A stretch of 64,000 nucleotides of DNA from an uncultured delta proteobacterium (GTDB lineage Bacteria > Desulfobacterota > Desulfobacteria > Desulfobacterales > SG8-13), in assembly GCA_963787235.1 (NCBI GenBank), contig CAWBCG010000011.1, positions 37,561 to 101,560 on the forward strand, written 5' to 3'. The translations under genes and the position numbers were made by a program. The notes beneath the pieces were generated by a model, which worked only from the letters and a program-made list of their open reading frames with translations, made no database searches and was not told the origin of the DNA. Numbering within the stretch: the stretch's first letter is position 1; each line of letters begins with the position of its first letter. This document shows positions 37,252 through 46,441 of the stretch, in pieces.

Positions 37252-37788
37252 TCACTCACGGGCCAGCAGCAACCGCAGCCGGAACTCTTTCGTGTCGCTG
37301 GCCGACTTGATCGTAATTTCCTCTATCTTATCAAGATACGGCAGCCGGCAGATCTGGAGCAGGAACGGCTGCAAATTAAAAAAGTCTCCCTTCAACAGCA
37401 TGCTGACTTTCAGGGTGCCGGTCTCACCGATCATCGATTGGATTTCCGGTGAATATTCAGCCAGCTGAAGTTTGCTTTCCCTGGCCATCTCTTGAAAAGT
37501 CCGTCCAACTTTGTCGGTTTCGTCCCGCTTCAGTTTCTCCGCCGGAACGACATTCAGTCCCGCGGGGGGCTTCATCTGTGTTTTCTTTAAAAGGCTCTCG
37601 TAGAGCGGCGTCAGGATCTGTTCCTCTTTGATCCGTCCACTGATCTCATCGATCCGTCTATCGAGCGCTTCGGAATCTCTTTGCGCCGGTAAAATGGCCA
37701 ACAGCACGAAAAGGATGATGCCGCCGCCGAAAATGATCACATTCAATAGGCTCTTAGTGGGAACCGATGTCAGGTTAATTTTGGCCAT
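37252..37788 (-). CDS. PilO/MshJ-like pilus assembly protein
   Basis: N-terminal TM, coiled-coil segment, C-terminal ferredoxin-like region. Position between the PilM/N fusion and the PilP-like gene. Confidence 0.65.
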   Translation of the reverse strand: MAKINLTSVPTKSLLNVIIFGGGIILFVLLAILPAQRDSEALDRRIDEISGRIKEEQILTPLYESLLKKTQMKPPAGLNVVPAEKLKRDETDKVGRTFQEMARESKLQLAEYSPEIQSMIGETGTLKVSMLLKGDFFNLQPFLLQICRLPYLDKIEEITIKSASDTKEFRLRLLLARE

Positions 37789-37795
37789 AGCGATT

Positions 37796-39682
37796 TTAAA
37801 CGAGCTTGAGCTGCGCCGTAAACCGCAGCACTTCCTTGTCGTTGAAAAAACCGGGTTCCTTCTGGTTGATCACCGGTTGTTTGAACAGGGGAGATCCGCT
37901 AAGCTGGATCAAGTAACCGGCCAGGGCCGATTCGAAAGCCGTTCGGTCGCCGAGAACAATGCCTTCCAAAATCACGTTTTTCTGCGGGGGTTCTTTGCCG
38001 CCGGCCTTGTCAGAAAAACGGACCGAAATGCTGGTCAGGCGAATGTTGGTGGGCGTCAAATTCGATATTTCCGTCAGGGCGACAACGCTCAAGTATTTTC
38101 GGCTGAATTCCAGAAATTCCTGGTTTTTGCTTTTCGCCTGTTCGACCAGATTGAGAATCAGTTTTTGGTCCACAGGGACCCTGTAATTGCTCAGTTGGTT
38201 CTGCAGATGCTTGATGTCGGCTTTTTTCTCTTCGATCAGACGATTCTGCCAGCTGTAAAATCCGACACAGATCGCCAACAGAACGAGAGCGGCGATGGCC
38301 GTAATTTTGTTGAGCAATTTGGTTCGAGCGGCTTTGGCTTTTTCCTTGTAGGTATATAGAAAATTCGGTGTTTGTGTCTTGGTGGAAAGCGCCATACCGA
38401 TTGCCGGTGCATATGATCCTCTTTCGGCTTCTGACAACGGCGCCTCGACCTCACCCAGATATTCGGGAGTCGTGACGAACGGATCGAAGGTTTCCCGCGG
38501 CAGTCCGAGTTCGTCCCCGATGTAATCGACAATGCGGCGATGGGGGCGGACGGTGCTGGAGATGTAGAGCTTTTCCACACGTTCATTGTCGAAGTTGGCG
38601 GCATAGTGATCGAAAGTCCGCTCCACCTGCTGACCCAGGCGTTTGAGTGCCGGCAGGATCATTCGGAAGATTTCCTCTTCTTCCGGTTGCAGGGCGGAAG
38701 ATTCATCGGCTTTCGGGGAAACGTCGTACAGCAGTCCGAAAAAAATCTTTTGTGCTTTTTCAGGGTCGAATTTCGGTTGGCCGGGTCTTTGATCTTGTGG
38801 TTTGTCCTCGGCCGAGGCCATCATTTCCGGTATAATCTCGATCGAGCCTTCGAAATCATTTTCGATGATCTCCCCGCGCATCGCCTCGTTCATAGTTTTT
38901 ATACCGGCTTTTATGCCGCGGGAAAGCACGAGACTGCCACCTGAAAAAATGTCGATACGCGACCAGTCGCGCCCGATGTATAGGCTTGAGATCGTCTTGA
39001 CTTTTGAATTGACCCAGCCGGTGCGCAATAGATTTTGAAAGGCGAAGGGCACGATGGAAACACCCGTCAGAGGAAATCCGCTTTTCGAAAACAGGTTCTT
39101 GTGGAACTGGATTTCCTTTTCCGGAGCGGTAAATGAGACCGCTGCATATTTCGGTGTTCCGTCGTCGAGAATTTCACCCAGTATCTCGAAATCGAAGATT
39201 ACCTCGCCTTCTTTGTAGGGAGCGACCTTTTTATGGGACCAGTAGACCGCATTGTCCAGTTGTTTCTGGGCAACTTTCGGTATCTTCAGGTACCGCAGTT
39301 CGACTCGTGCAGATGAAATACAGCTCCAGAACTCCAGGTTTTTGGATGACCCGCAAAAGCGGCCCAGGTTCTTTCGCAGGAATTTGGCAAAGTCGGGATG
39401 CCCGGGATGCAGGTCGGGCTCGAAGGGCACTCGGAGGTAATCGATCAATTCGTGCTTTTGATGCGAGGCGTTGTTGACTTTAACCAATTTCAGATCGTCG
39501 TAGCCGATATCGACCCCGACGGTGGTCGCTTTTTTGAAGGATACGCTGTTTTTCAGACCGCTGCCGATGCGCGTGGAGATCGATGGGGGGGGCGGTGTTT
39601 CGATCCTATCCGGTGCGTCACCTTGGTTGCGAATCAAGTCCAGAAGTTTCTCGGTCGAGGAAATTTCGTCCTTCTTGGCCAA
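37796..39682 (-). CDS. PilM-PilN fusion (MshI-like) pilus assembly protein
   Basis: Actin-like ATPase fold start TVGVDIGYDDLKLVKV. PilM-type blocks. Then a TM helix (ITAIAALVLLAICVGFYSW) and a PilN-like coiled coil plus C-terminal domain. Confidence 0.8.
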   Translation of the reverse strand: MAKKDEISSTEKLLDLIRNQGDAPDRIETPPPPSISTRIGSGLKNSVSFKKATTVGVDIGYDDLKLVKVNNASHQKHELIDYLRVPFEPDLHPGHPDFAKFLRKNLGRFCGSSKNLEFWSCISSARVELRYLKIPKVAQKQLDNAVYWSHKKVAPYKEGEVIFDFEILGEILDDGTPKYAAVSFTAPEKEIQFHKNLFSKSGFPLTGVSIVPFAFQNLLRTGWVNSKVKTISSLYIGRDWSRIDIFSGGSLVLSRGIKAGIKTMNEAMRGEIIENDFEGSIEIIPEMMASAEDKPQDQRPGQPKFDPEKAQKIFFGLLYDVSPKADESSALQPEEEEIFRMILPALKRLGQQVERTFDHYAANFDNERVEKLYISSTVRPHRRIVDYIGDELGLPRETFDPFVTTPEYLGEVEAPLSEAERGSYAPAIGMALSTKTQTPNFLYTYKEKAKAARTKLLNKITAIAALVLLAICVGFYSWQNRLIEEKKADIKHLQNQLSNYRVPVDQKLILNLVEQAKSKNQEFLEFSRKYLSVVALTEISNLTPTNIRLTSISVRFSDKAGGKEPPQKNVILEGIVLGDRTAFESALAGYLIQLSGSPLFKQPVINQKEPGFFNDKEVLRFTAQLKLV

Positions 39683-40175
39683 ATCGACGCTCCAAACCTG
39701 TCAACGGCAAGCACTCTGACCGGCATAATTTGAAAGCACGCTTACAGTTGGTTCCAGAATTTGTAATATGCCGATATCACATAGAATGCATAATGGATAA
39801 ATGTATTAATTAACTCATAAATCCTGTTGCTTGTCAAGAATTAACACGTGCTGCGGGTCAGATGGATAATGGATGGAGATTGATTTCTTGCTTCTATTTA
39901 ATTTCCTGCTTGCGTATAATGACTGTTTTTTAACCTGTGTGACCGACAATTATCATCGATTTTTGATTTTAAAATGGTTGACGCATTCCATTGTACCGAA
40001 TACTTTACCACGTTCGATGGGTCCACGTTGATCAATAGTGTATGCCGTTTCTATTGGTTCTACCCCTTAAACCTTGAACCGGGAATCGAAAACCTAAGCC
40101 GAGACAAAAGAATTGCGGAAGACAATGCCGACCGGCCGGATATAACCCGGTCCGAAGAAATCGGTCGGTACAATC

Positions 40176-42137
40176 ATGTGGTTGAGACTTATGACACCAA
40201 CAGCATCCTTGCCTGAGCACACGATACCCAGTGGGCTCCAAAATGGCGTTGCGGCCGAAGCCAGCAACAACCGCTTGGAGAGTTTTTTTAATTCTATGGT
40301 TTTGATCGGTGTGTTCATCGCCATCATTTACGTTGCGCTGGACACCATTCTACATATTTTCTATTCAGACCGGTTCAACCTGATCGCCAGCGCGGTTGGC
40401 GAGGATTTGTATGACATTTATATCCGCATCATCGTTTTGTGTCTATTTGCGATCTTCGGTTCCCACGCCCAGTACACGATCAACAATTTGAAAAAGAAAG
40501 AAAAAGAGCTCGTCACCTACCGCAATCACCTGGAAGAACTGGTCAATGATCGAACTTCCGCTCTATTGGAGACCAATCAGAAGTTGCGTGATGAAATTAG
40601 CGTGCGTGAGCGTTCGGAGCAGGCGCTGCGCGAGTCCGAGGAAAAGTACCGCTTACTGGTGGAAAACGCCAACGACGCAATCTTTATCATCCAGGATGAC
40701 AAGGTGACGTTTCCTAATCCCAAAGCCCGTCAATTGAGCAGTGAGATGAATGTGGACATCGACAGGCAACCGTTTTTCGAATTTGTTCACCCGGATGACA
40801 AAGATAGGGTTATCAAATGGTACGAGAGGCGTTTGAAAAGCAAAGACGTTCCGAGTACCTGTACTTTCAAACTGATTGACCGTTTTGGCAAGGAGCACTG
40901 GATCGAACTGAATGCCGTGCTGATTTACTGGGAAAAGAAAATTGCAGCCCTTAACTTTCTAAAAGATATCACCGCTCAAAAAATTATGGAGATTCAGTTC
41001 CGGCAATCTCAACGCATGGAGTCAATCGGCACCCTTGCCGGCGGCATTGCCCATGATTTCAATAATCTTTTGATGGGCATCCAGGGCAATACGTCGGTCA
41101 TGCTATTGGACATCGACCCGGAGCATTCGTTGTATGAAAACCTCAAAAGCATTCAGCGGTGTGTCAAGAGCGGGGCCAACCTCACCCGGCAGTTGCTCGG
41201 TTTCGCCCGGGGGGGTAAGTATGTCGTCAAACCGACCAACATTAATGAGGTCATCGATCGCACCGCTCACATCTTCGGTCGTTCCCGCAAGGATATCAAC
41301 TTCCACCGCCGCTACAACAAGAACATCAGGATGGTCAATGTAGATGTCGGCCAAATCGAGCAAGTGCTGCTGAATCTCTATGTCAATGCCTGGCAGGCCA
41401 TGCCCAACGGTGGTGATCTATACCTGGAAACAGACAACATCCGCCTCGACAAGTTTTATATCGAAACCAAGCCTTTCAGTGTCAAACCCGGCCGTTATGT
41501 GAAAATCTCGGTTACCGACACCGGTATGGGTATGGACAAAAAGATCCAACTTCGAATTTTTGAACCGTTTTTTACCACCAAGGAGGTCGGGCAGGGGACT
41601 GGCCTGGGATTGGCTTCCGCCTACGGAATCATTAAAAACCACGGCGGCTTCATTACCTGCTACAGCGAAGTCGGGGTCGGATCCACCTTCAACATCTATC
41701 TGCCGGCGTATGCGAAAAAAGGCACCCAAACCGAGAAGGCGGTTGAAGAGGCCCTCGGGGGTAACGAGACCATCCTGCTGATCGACGATGAAAAAATGAT
41801 CATCGAAGTGGGTCGGAAGATGATGGAAAGCCTCGGTTACCTGGTGGTCGCGGCAGGAAAGGGCGAAGAGGCACTGACCCTTTACCGCAAGCGCTGCGAC
41901 CATATCGATTTGATCATTCTCGACATGATCATGCCCTACATGGGGGGTAAAGACGTGTTCAACCGTATCAAGGAAATCAATCCGAAGGCGAAGGTACTGC
42001 TCTCAAGTGGTTACAGCCTCAACGGTCAGGCACAGGAAATCATGGCGCAGGGGTGTAACGGATTTATCCAGAAACCCTTTGATACGGTCGCGTTATCCAG
42101 GAAAATCCGTGAAATTCTCGATTCTCCGAATAGTTGA
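40176..42137 (+). CDS. Hybrid sensor histidine kinase, paralog of 16930-18711
   Basis: Same architecture and highly similar H-box region ([17 protein letters not shown]...[14 protein letters not shown]), HATPase and receiver (ILLIDDE...[13 protein letters not shown]). Start uncertain (40176 or 40191). Confidence 0.85.
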   Translation: MWLRLMTPTASLPEHTIPSGLQNGVAAEASNNRLESFFNSMVLIGVFIAIIYVALDTILHIFYSDRFNLIASAVGEDLYDIYIRIIVLCLFAIFGSHAQYTINNLKKKEKELVTYRNHLEELVNDRTSALLETNQKLRDEISVRERSEQALRESEEKYRLLVENANDAIFIIQDDKVTFPNPKARQLSSEMNVDIDRQPFFEFVHPDDKDRVIKWYERRLKSKDVPSTCTFKLIDRFGKEHWIELNAVLIYWEKKIAALNFLKDITAQKIMEIQFRQSQRMESIGTLAGGIAHDFNNLLMGIQGNTSVMLLDIDPEHSLYENLKSIQRCVKSGANLTRQLLGFARGGKYVVKPTNINEVIDRTAHIFGRSRKDINFHRRYNKNIRMVNVDVGQIEQVLLNLYVNAWQAMPNGGDLYLETDNIRLDKFYIETKPFSVKPGRYVKISVTDTGMGMDKKIQLRIFEPFFTTKEVGQGTGLGLASAYGIIKNHGGFITCYSEVGVGSTFNIYLPAYAKKGTQTEKAVEEALGGNETILLIDDEKMIIEVGRKMMESLGYLVVAAGKGEEALTLYRKRCDHIDLIILDMIMPYMGGKDVFNRIKEINPKAKVLLSSGYSLNGQAQEIMAQGCNGFIQKPFDTVALSRKIREILDSPNS

Positions 42138-42248
42138 CATTAGCGCAAAAATCATATACAATTTTTCTTTTAATTATATGTAAATTAAGTAAGTTATGTT
42201 TCTATAAGCGTTTCCCTCCGCCCCCTGGTCCAGGAAAGGATTGTTGAG

Positions 42249-42824
42249 ATGGCGTTTTTCCGCAACAAGTTTTACGCACTAAAAAGAGACTTTTTAGTGG
42301 TCTTCAAGATACTTCTCAGCGGTCTGACCGCCGTATTCTTGATTTTTTTTATTTCGGCGTTGGGGGGAACCGATTTAAAAAAAAATTCCGATATGATCAA
42401 GGAACTGGATAAAATGTACGCCGAAATCAATACGGAACTGGAAACCGGCATCGACAAGCGGATCAAAGGATTGGGGGAGGTGCCGCAGATCAATCCCTAC
42501 AAAAAATATTACAGTGCGGAATTCGCGAAAGAAATTCACGACATCTCCTACCTGGCCGAAAAGCAGAAAATCATGTTCGATGCCTTTAACGTGCGCGATT
42601 TCGAGTACAAAGCCCAACAACTGATCAAGTATGCCGATACGGCCGACATGGCGGCGTTGTTCAAGGAGCTGGAGATCGTAAAAAGGGAGCTCAAAAACTC
42701 CGCCAACCTGATTGCCAGTAAACAGAGGACGCTTTTACGGCAGCGCACGGCTTACATCGTTTTTTTCTTTCTGCTGTGGATCCTGGTATATATGTTTTAC
42801 AGTCGCGGCATTATCAGAAGATAG
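42249..42824 (+). CDS. Hypothetical membrane protein (N- and C-terminal TM helices, coiled-coil middle)
   Basis: 191-aa ORF with no recognisable family. Coding-like composition. Followed by a strong hairpin. Confidence 0.45.
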   Translation: MAFFRNKFYALKRDFLVVFKILLSGLTAVFLIFFISALGGTDLKKNSDMIKELDKMYAEINTELETGIDKRIKGLGEVPQINPYKKYYSAEFAKEIHDISYLAEKQKIMFDAFNVRDFEYKAQQLIKYADTADMAALFKELEIVKRELKNSANLIASKQRTLLRQRTAYIVFFFLLWILVYMFYSRGIIRR

Positions 42825-42829
42825 ATGCC

Positions 42830-42854
42830 TGCTGCGGCTGAGGCAGCCGCAGCA
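42830..42854 (+). terminator. Strong stem-loop downstream of 42249-42824 (no T tract)
   Basis: TGCTGCGGCTG-AGG-CAGCCGCAGCA, 11-bp perfect stem. Confidence 0.35.
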
Positions 42855-42909
42855 CGGGACACAAGCGCCATTTGCGAAATGAAAAAGGCCGGCGTTTCCA
42901 CACCCAGCG

Positions 42910-43099
42910 GTTGTAACCGCTCACAGGGTTGCAACGTCCGATGCGCTTCAAAACTAATTGTAAGCGTTTGCAGGGTGCCGCCCCGGTGAAATAGGCTTCG
43001 CATTTCACGGGGCAGGCAGATGCAAGGCGTCGGGCGCGCAGACGTACTATTGTACTTCAAGTGCCCGACAACAATGCAGATGCGGTGCCCTGTGAATGC
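42910..43099 (-). repeat. MITE-like repeat family 2, copy 2 (inverted relative to copy 1)
   Basis: The reverse complement aligns with 10128-10316, with about half a dozen substitutions and one 3-nt indel by manual alignment. Confidence 0.75.
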
Positions 43100-43474
43100 T
43101 TACCAGCGGTTCCATGTTCGAAACGGTCAGGTCCTGCGACAACCGGTGTTGAAACCGGAGCCGAAAACATGTATTACATTTTTAGATCATTTGACTGCGG
43201 TGCCCGAATAACGTTTTCACCGTCGACGACTTGGGATCACGGTAAGAAATAATGCCACACGATTGCGCCGGATTATGGTTTGTCTACAAGGCACATCCAC
43301 CTGCGCATATCGGGATACGTGTGGGTGGATGTAACGCAGTAGACGGGCCATAAGACAAGCAAGAGGTGGAATTATTTTCTGTCGGGGCCCTTACCGTTGT
43401 TCGCAGCTTCGGGGGCTGTGGTTGCCCGAAAGAACACCGCATACGGTTGCCTAATATAGAGGTTTGGTATCCCA

Positions 43475-45022
43475 ATGTATTTGTCATTTTACGAACTTAG
43501 ACGAAAGCCCTTTGAAATCACGGTGGATCCCGATTTTTTGTGGCTTGGCGAAAAGCATAATGAGGCCCTGGCCACTTTGGAATACGGCATCCGGGAGGAC
43601 AAGGGCTTTCTGCTTCTCACAGGCGACGTCGGAACCGGCAAAACCGTACTGATCAATCGTCTTGTCCGGAACATCCACTTACAGTCCATTATATCGACGG
43701 TTCCGGACCCAGGCCTTGACCTGATCGATTTTTATAATTTTCTGGCGGCAACTTTCAGATTCGGCCGTACGATAAAATCAAAAGGCGAATTTCTGGCCCT
43801 GCTTAAAAAATTTCTGATCAAAGCCGAGGCGATCAAACGCAAGGTCCTGCTCCTGGTTGACGAAGCCCAGCGTCTGAACCACAGCCTGCTCGAGGAAATT
43901 CGACTGCTGTCGAATATCGAGATGGAAAATCGCAAACTCATCAGCATTTTCTTTGTGGGTCAAACCGAATTCAACCAAATCTTGTTGGAGCCCCGTAACC
44001 GTGCCGTGCGCCAGCGCATTGCCGTTCGCTACCAAATCGAACCGCTGAGTGTTGAAGAGACCACCCAATATGTTTTGCACCGTCTGCAGGTGGCCGGCGC
44101 GGAGCATTCGATTTTTACGGCTGAAGCCTTGCGGGAAGTCTACGTATTCACGAGGGGTAATCCGCGGCTGACCAATATCATCTGCGATCATGCCTTGCTG
44201 ACCGGTTATTCGATGGAACGCGAGACGATCGATTCCGGTGTCATCAGAGAGTGCGCGGAAGAACTCCAGCTTCCCGGAGAACGAACCTTGCTGCCCACAG
44301 AAAGCAAAACCAAGGGGGCCATGGCCCTACCCGCTGAAAAACCGGCGGGCAAACATTCTTCGATATCGCCTTTTATCGTGACCGTCCTTATTATCGCCGC
44401 TATCCTGACAGCCGGATATTTCATGTTCACCGGTGAGAAGATCTCGACGATGCCTTGGTCACCGGACCAGCTTGCCCCTCAGGGACCTCCGGTGCCCGTA
44501 CCGCCCAAACCGGAAGCCGCCATGGCGGGAAAGCAGGCGGTTGTTGAGGATAAAACCACAGAAGGCCAGTTGGCGCCGGACACCGGAACCGATGGCTCGA
44601 TCGAGATCAAGGAAATAAACCCGGTGGCCCAAAAGTCCGCCGCAGGCGCCGCTGAATCGCTTTTCAACCTGTCGAATATCAACAAGGTTGTCATCCGGTT
44701 CAACCACAATTCCAATGAACTGCCCACCAATGCCTACATGCCACTCGACCGGTTTGCCGCCTCCTTGCTGAATAATCCGGACATCAGCGTCATCGTAAAC
44801 GGATACACGGACAATACCGGTGTGCTGAGTTACAACGTGAGCGTCTCGGAGTTTCGCGCCAACATTGTCAAGAGTTACCTGGTTGGCAAAGGTGTCGATC
44901 CGTCGCGCATTGCCGCAAACGGTTTGGGGCCCAAGGATCCGATCGGCTCCAACGCCACTGCGGAAGGTCGCAGCCTCAATCGCCGGGTCGAAATTATATT
45001 CACCAAAAAGTCTCCCGGTTAG
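43475..45022 (+). CDS. ExeA/GspA-like AAA ATPase with TM segment and C-terminal OmpA/MotB peptidoglycan-binding domain
   Basis: RKPFEITVDPDFLWLGEKH...LTGDVGTGKTVLINRL. TM FIVTVLIIAAILTAGYF. OmpA-like NGYTDNTG...YNVSVSEFRANIV..YL...G...RI...G.G...P......EGRSLNRRVEI. Confidence 0.85.
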   Translation: MYLSFYELRRKPFEITVDPDFLWLGEKHNEALATLEYGIREDKGFLLLTGDVGTGKTVLINRLVRNIHLQSIISTVPDPGLDLIDFYNFLAATFRFGRTIKSKGEFLALLKKFLIKAEAIKRKVLLLVDEAQRLNHSLLEEIRLLSNIEMENRKLISIFFVGQTEFNQILLEPRNRAVRQRIAVRYQIEPLSVEETTQYVLHRLQVAGAEHSIFTAEALREVYVFTRGNPRLTNIICDHALLTGYSMERETIDSGVIRECAEELQLPGERTLLPTESKTKGAMALPAEKPAGKHSSISPFIVTVLIIAAILTAGYFMFTGEKISTMPWSPDQLAPQGPPVPVPPKPEAAMAGKQAVVEDKTTEGQLAPDTGTDGSIEIKEINPVAQKSAAGAAESLFNLSNINKVVIRFNHNSNELPTNAYMPLDRFAASLLNNPDISVIVNGYTDNTGVLSYNVSVSEFRANIVKSYLVGKGVDPSRIAANGLGPKDPIGSNATAEGRSLNRRVEIIFTKKSPG

Positions 45023-45090
45023 CGTGAAATGCCGGCATTAAAAGTATGCAGAAAATACCCCCTGTCCTCTTCTGCCATCGGACTGTCGTA

Positions 45091-46125
45091 ATGGCTGATT
45101 TTATAAAGCTCTCGATTTTTGCCTTGCTGGTGGTGCTCCTGCCCGACCTGGCGGCGGCCGATCTTATTGTTCTAAAAGATGGAACGAAGGTGAAGGCGCA
45201 GAAGGCGTGGGAGGAAAACGAATTGGTCCACTTCACACTGCCGGATTATGACGGCATTGTGGTCACCTACGCCAAAGAGATTGTTTTGCGGATCGAAAAA
45301 GAAAAAGCGGCAACCGGAGCAGGAGAATCGCCGCCGGATTCGAGGCTGCAAACTCCTGCGACAGGAGCAACTGCGGCCGAAAAAGCCCTATCTGTCGTAA
45401 AACCGGATAAGAGGCCGATCGCTTTGACCGTACCGGGAGCCGCCGCTCAACCATCGAGTCCAGGTGATTTGGTTAGGGAGGGGACCGGCGAGCCTGTCGG
45501 GGCCGGACAGGAAGTCTCTTCTGCGCCAGTTGGATCTTCCTCACCGGTACGGGCTCATCAGATGCCGGTCACCAACGGCAAGGGTGCCGGGGAGCGCATA
45601 CCCAAAGGGGTAGCGGTATCTCCAGGCAAAGTCGATGAGGATTTGGTGCAGCCGGTGACCGGCATTCAATTTTACGATCCCAGGCGGCACTACAAATATC
45701 AGACCGGTACTACAAAGCGTTACCACACGCTGAAAGAGGCCGTGGATGATCTGGCGACCAAGTTTGACAAGCCACCCCGGTGGGTTGAGATGAATTTAGG
45801 CGACACCAACGATCTGGGTCAAATCTACCGTAATTTAAGCCGGCCAATTGAGGGCGTTCAGACTGAAACCGAAACCGAGAGCACGACGTCCGGCATTCTT
45901 TTCTACGACCCCCGCAGAGCCGAAAAGTACTGGGTCAGTCCCGAATCGCGCTGTCGGACACTGGCAGAAGCCGTTGGTATATTGGCCAAACAATATGAGC
46001 AGACGCCGAACTGGGTCATAGCCCATTTGGGGGAGACCAACGACCTTGTGGAGATCCACCGCAATCTCGCACGCAGTGCCGCCACCGAAACCGGTCAAAA
46101 ATTATCAGGGGAATCTGCAAAATAA
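45091..46125 (+). CDS. Secreted hypothetical protein with two tandem copies of an unassigned ~62-aa domain
   Basis: ATG 45091 gives the signal peptide MADFIKLSIFALLVVLLPDLAAA. Repeats at 45661-45843 and 45892-46077 (FYDPRR..KY......R..TL.EAV..LA......P.WV...LG.TNDL..I.RNL.R). Confidence 0.6.
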   Translation: MADFIKLSIFALLVVLLPDLAAADLIVLKDGTKVKAQKAWEENELVHFTLPDYDGIVVTYAKEIVLRIEKEKAATGAGESPPDSRLQTPATGATAAEKALSVVKPDKRPIALTVPGAAAQPSSPGDLVREGTGEPVGAGQEVSSAPVGSSSPVRAHQMPVTNGKGAGERIPKGVAVSPGKVDEDLVQPVTGIQFYDPRRHYKYQTGTTKRYHTLKEAVDDLATKFDKPPRWVEMNLGDTNDLGQIYRNLSRPIEGVQTETETESTTSGILFYDPRRAEKYWVSPESRCRTLAEAVGILAKQYEQTPNWVIAHLGETNDLVEIHRNLARSAATETGQKLSGESAK

Positions 46126-46128
46126 TTA

Positions 46129-46270
46129 GTTTCCGTCCATAAATGGCCCTTTTCCGCAATTTCGGCGTCAATCGGCGGAATCGCTTGTGCGGCGTACACG
46201 AGTACGCCTCCGCGCAATGCCGCAGATTTCCTTGAACTTGCAGAAAATTGCGCATTTCTGGATCGGAAAC
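46129..46270 (+). repeat. MITE-like repeat family 1, copy C (full length, 142 nt, reference orientation)
   Basis: GTTTCCGTCCATAAATGGCC...CATTTCTGGATCGGAAAC. 12-nt terminal inverted repeats with one mismatch. Central hairpin GGCGTAC-ACGA-GTACGCC. Confidence 0.85.
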
Positions 46271-46337
46271 CAATCAGTGCCTTTAATGGAACCGAGGATG
46301 GACACTGATTAAATTTTAAAAATCAGCAAATATCTGA

Positions 46338-46367
46338 TTGTACAATTATAATTTCCTCTGTTATAAT
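46338..46367 (+). promoter_or_regulatory. Candidate sigma-70 promoter (TTGTAC-N18-TATAAT) upstream of the stand-alone receiver gene
   Basis: TTGTAC 46338-46343 and TATAAT 46362-46367, about 75 nt upstream of ATG 46442. Sequence match only. Confidence 0.3.
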
Positions 46368-46441
46368 GAATTGTAACCTACTTTACACAATTGCCGTTGG
46401 ATTCCGTCTTTTTATTATTCACCATTTTTAGGATACGACAG

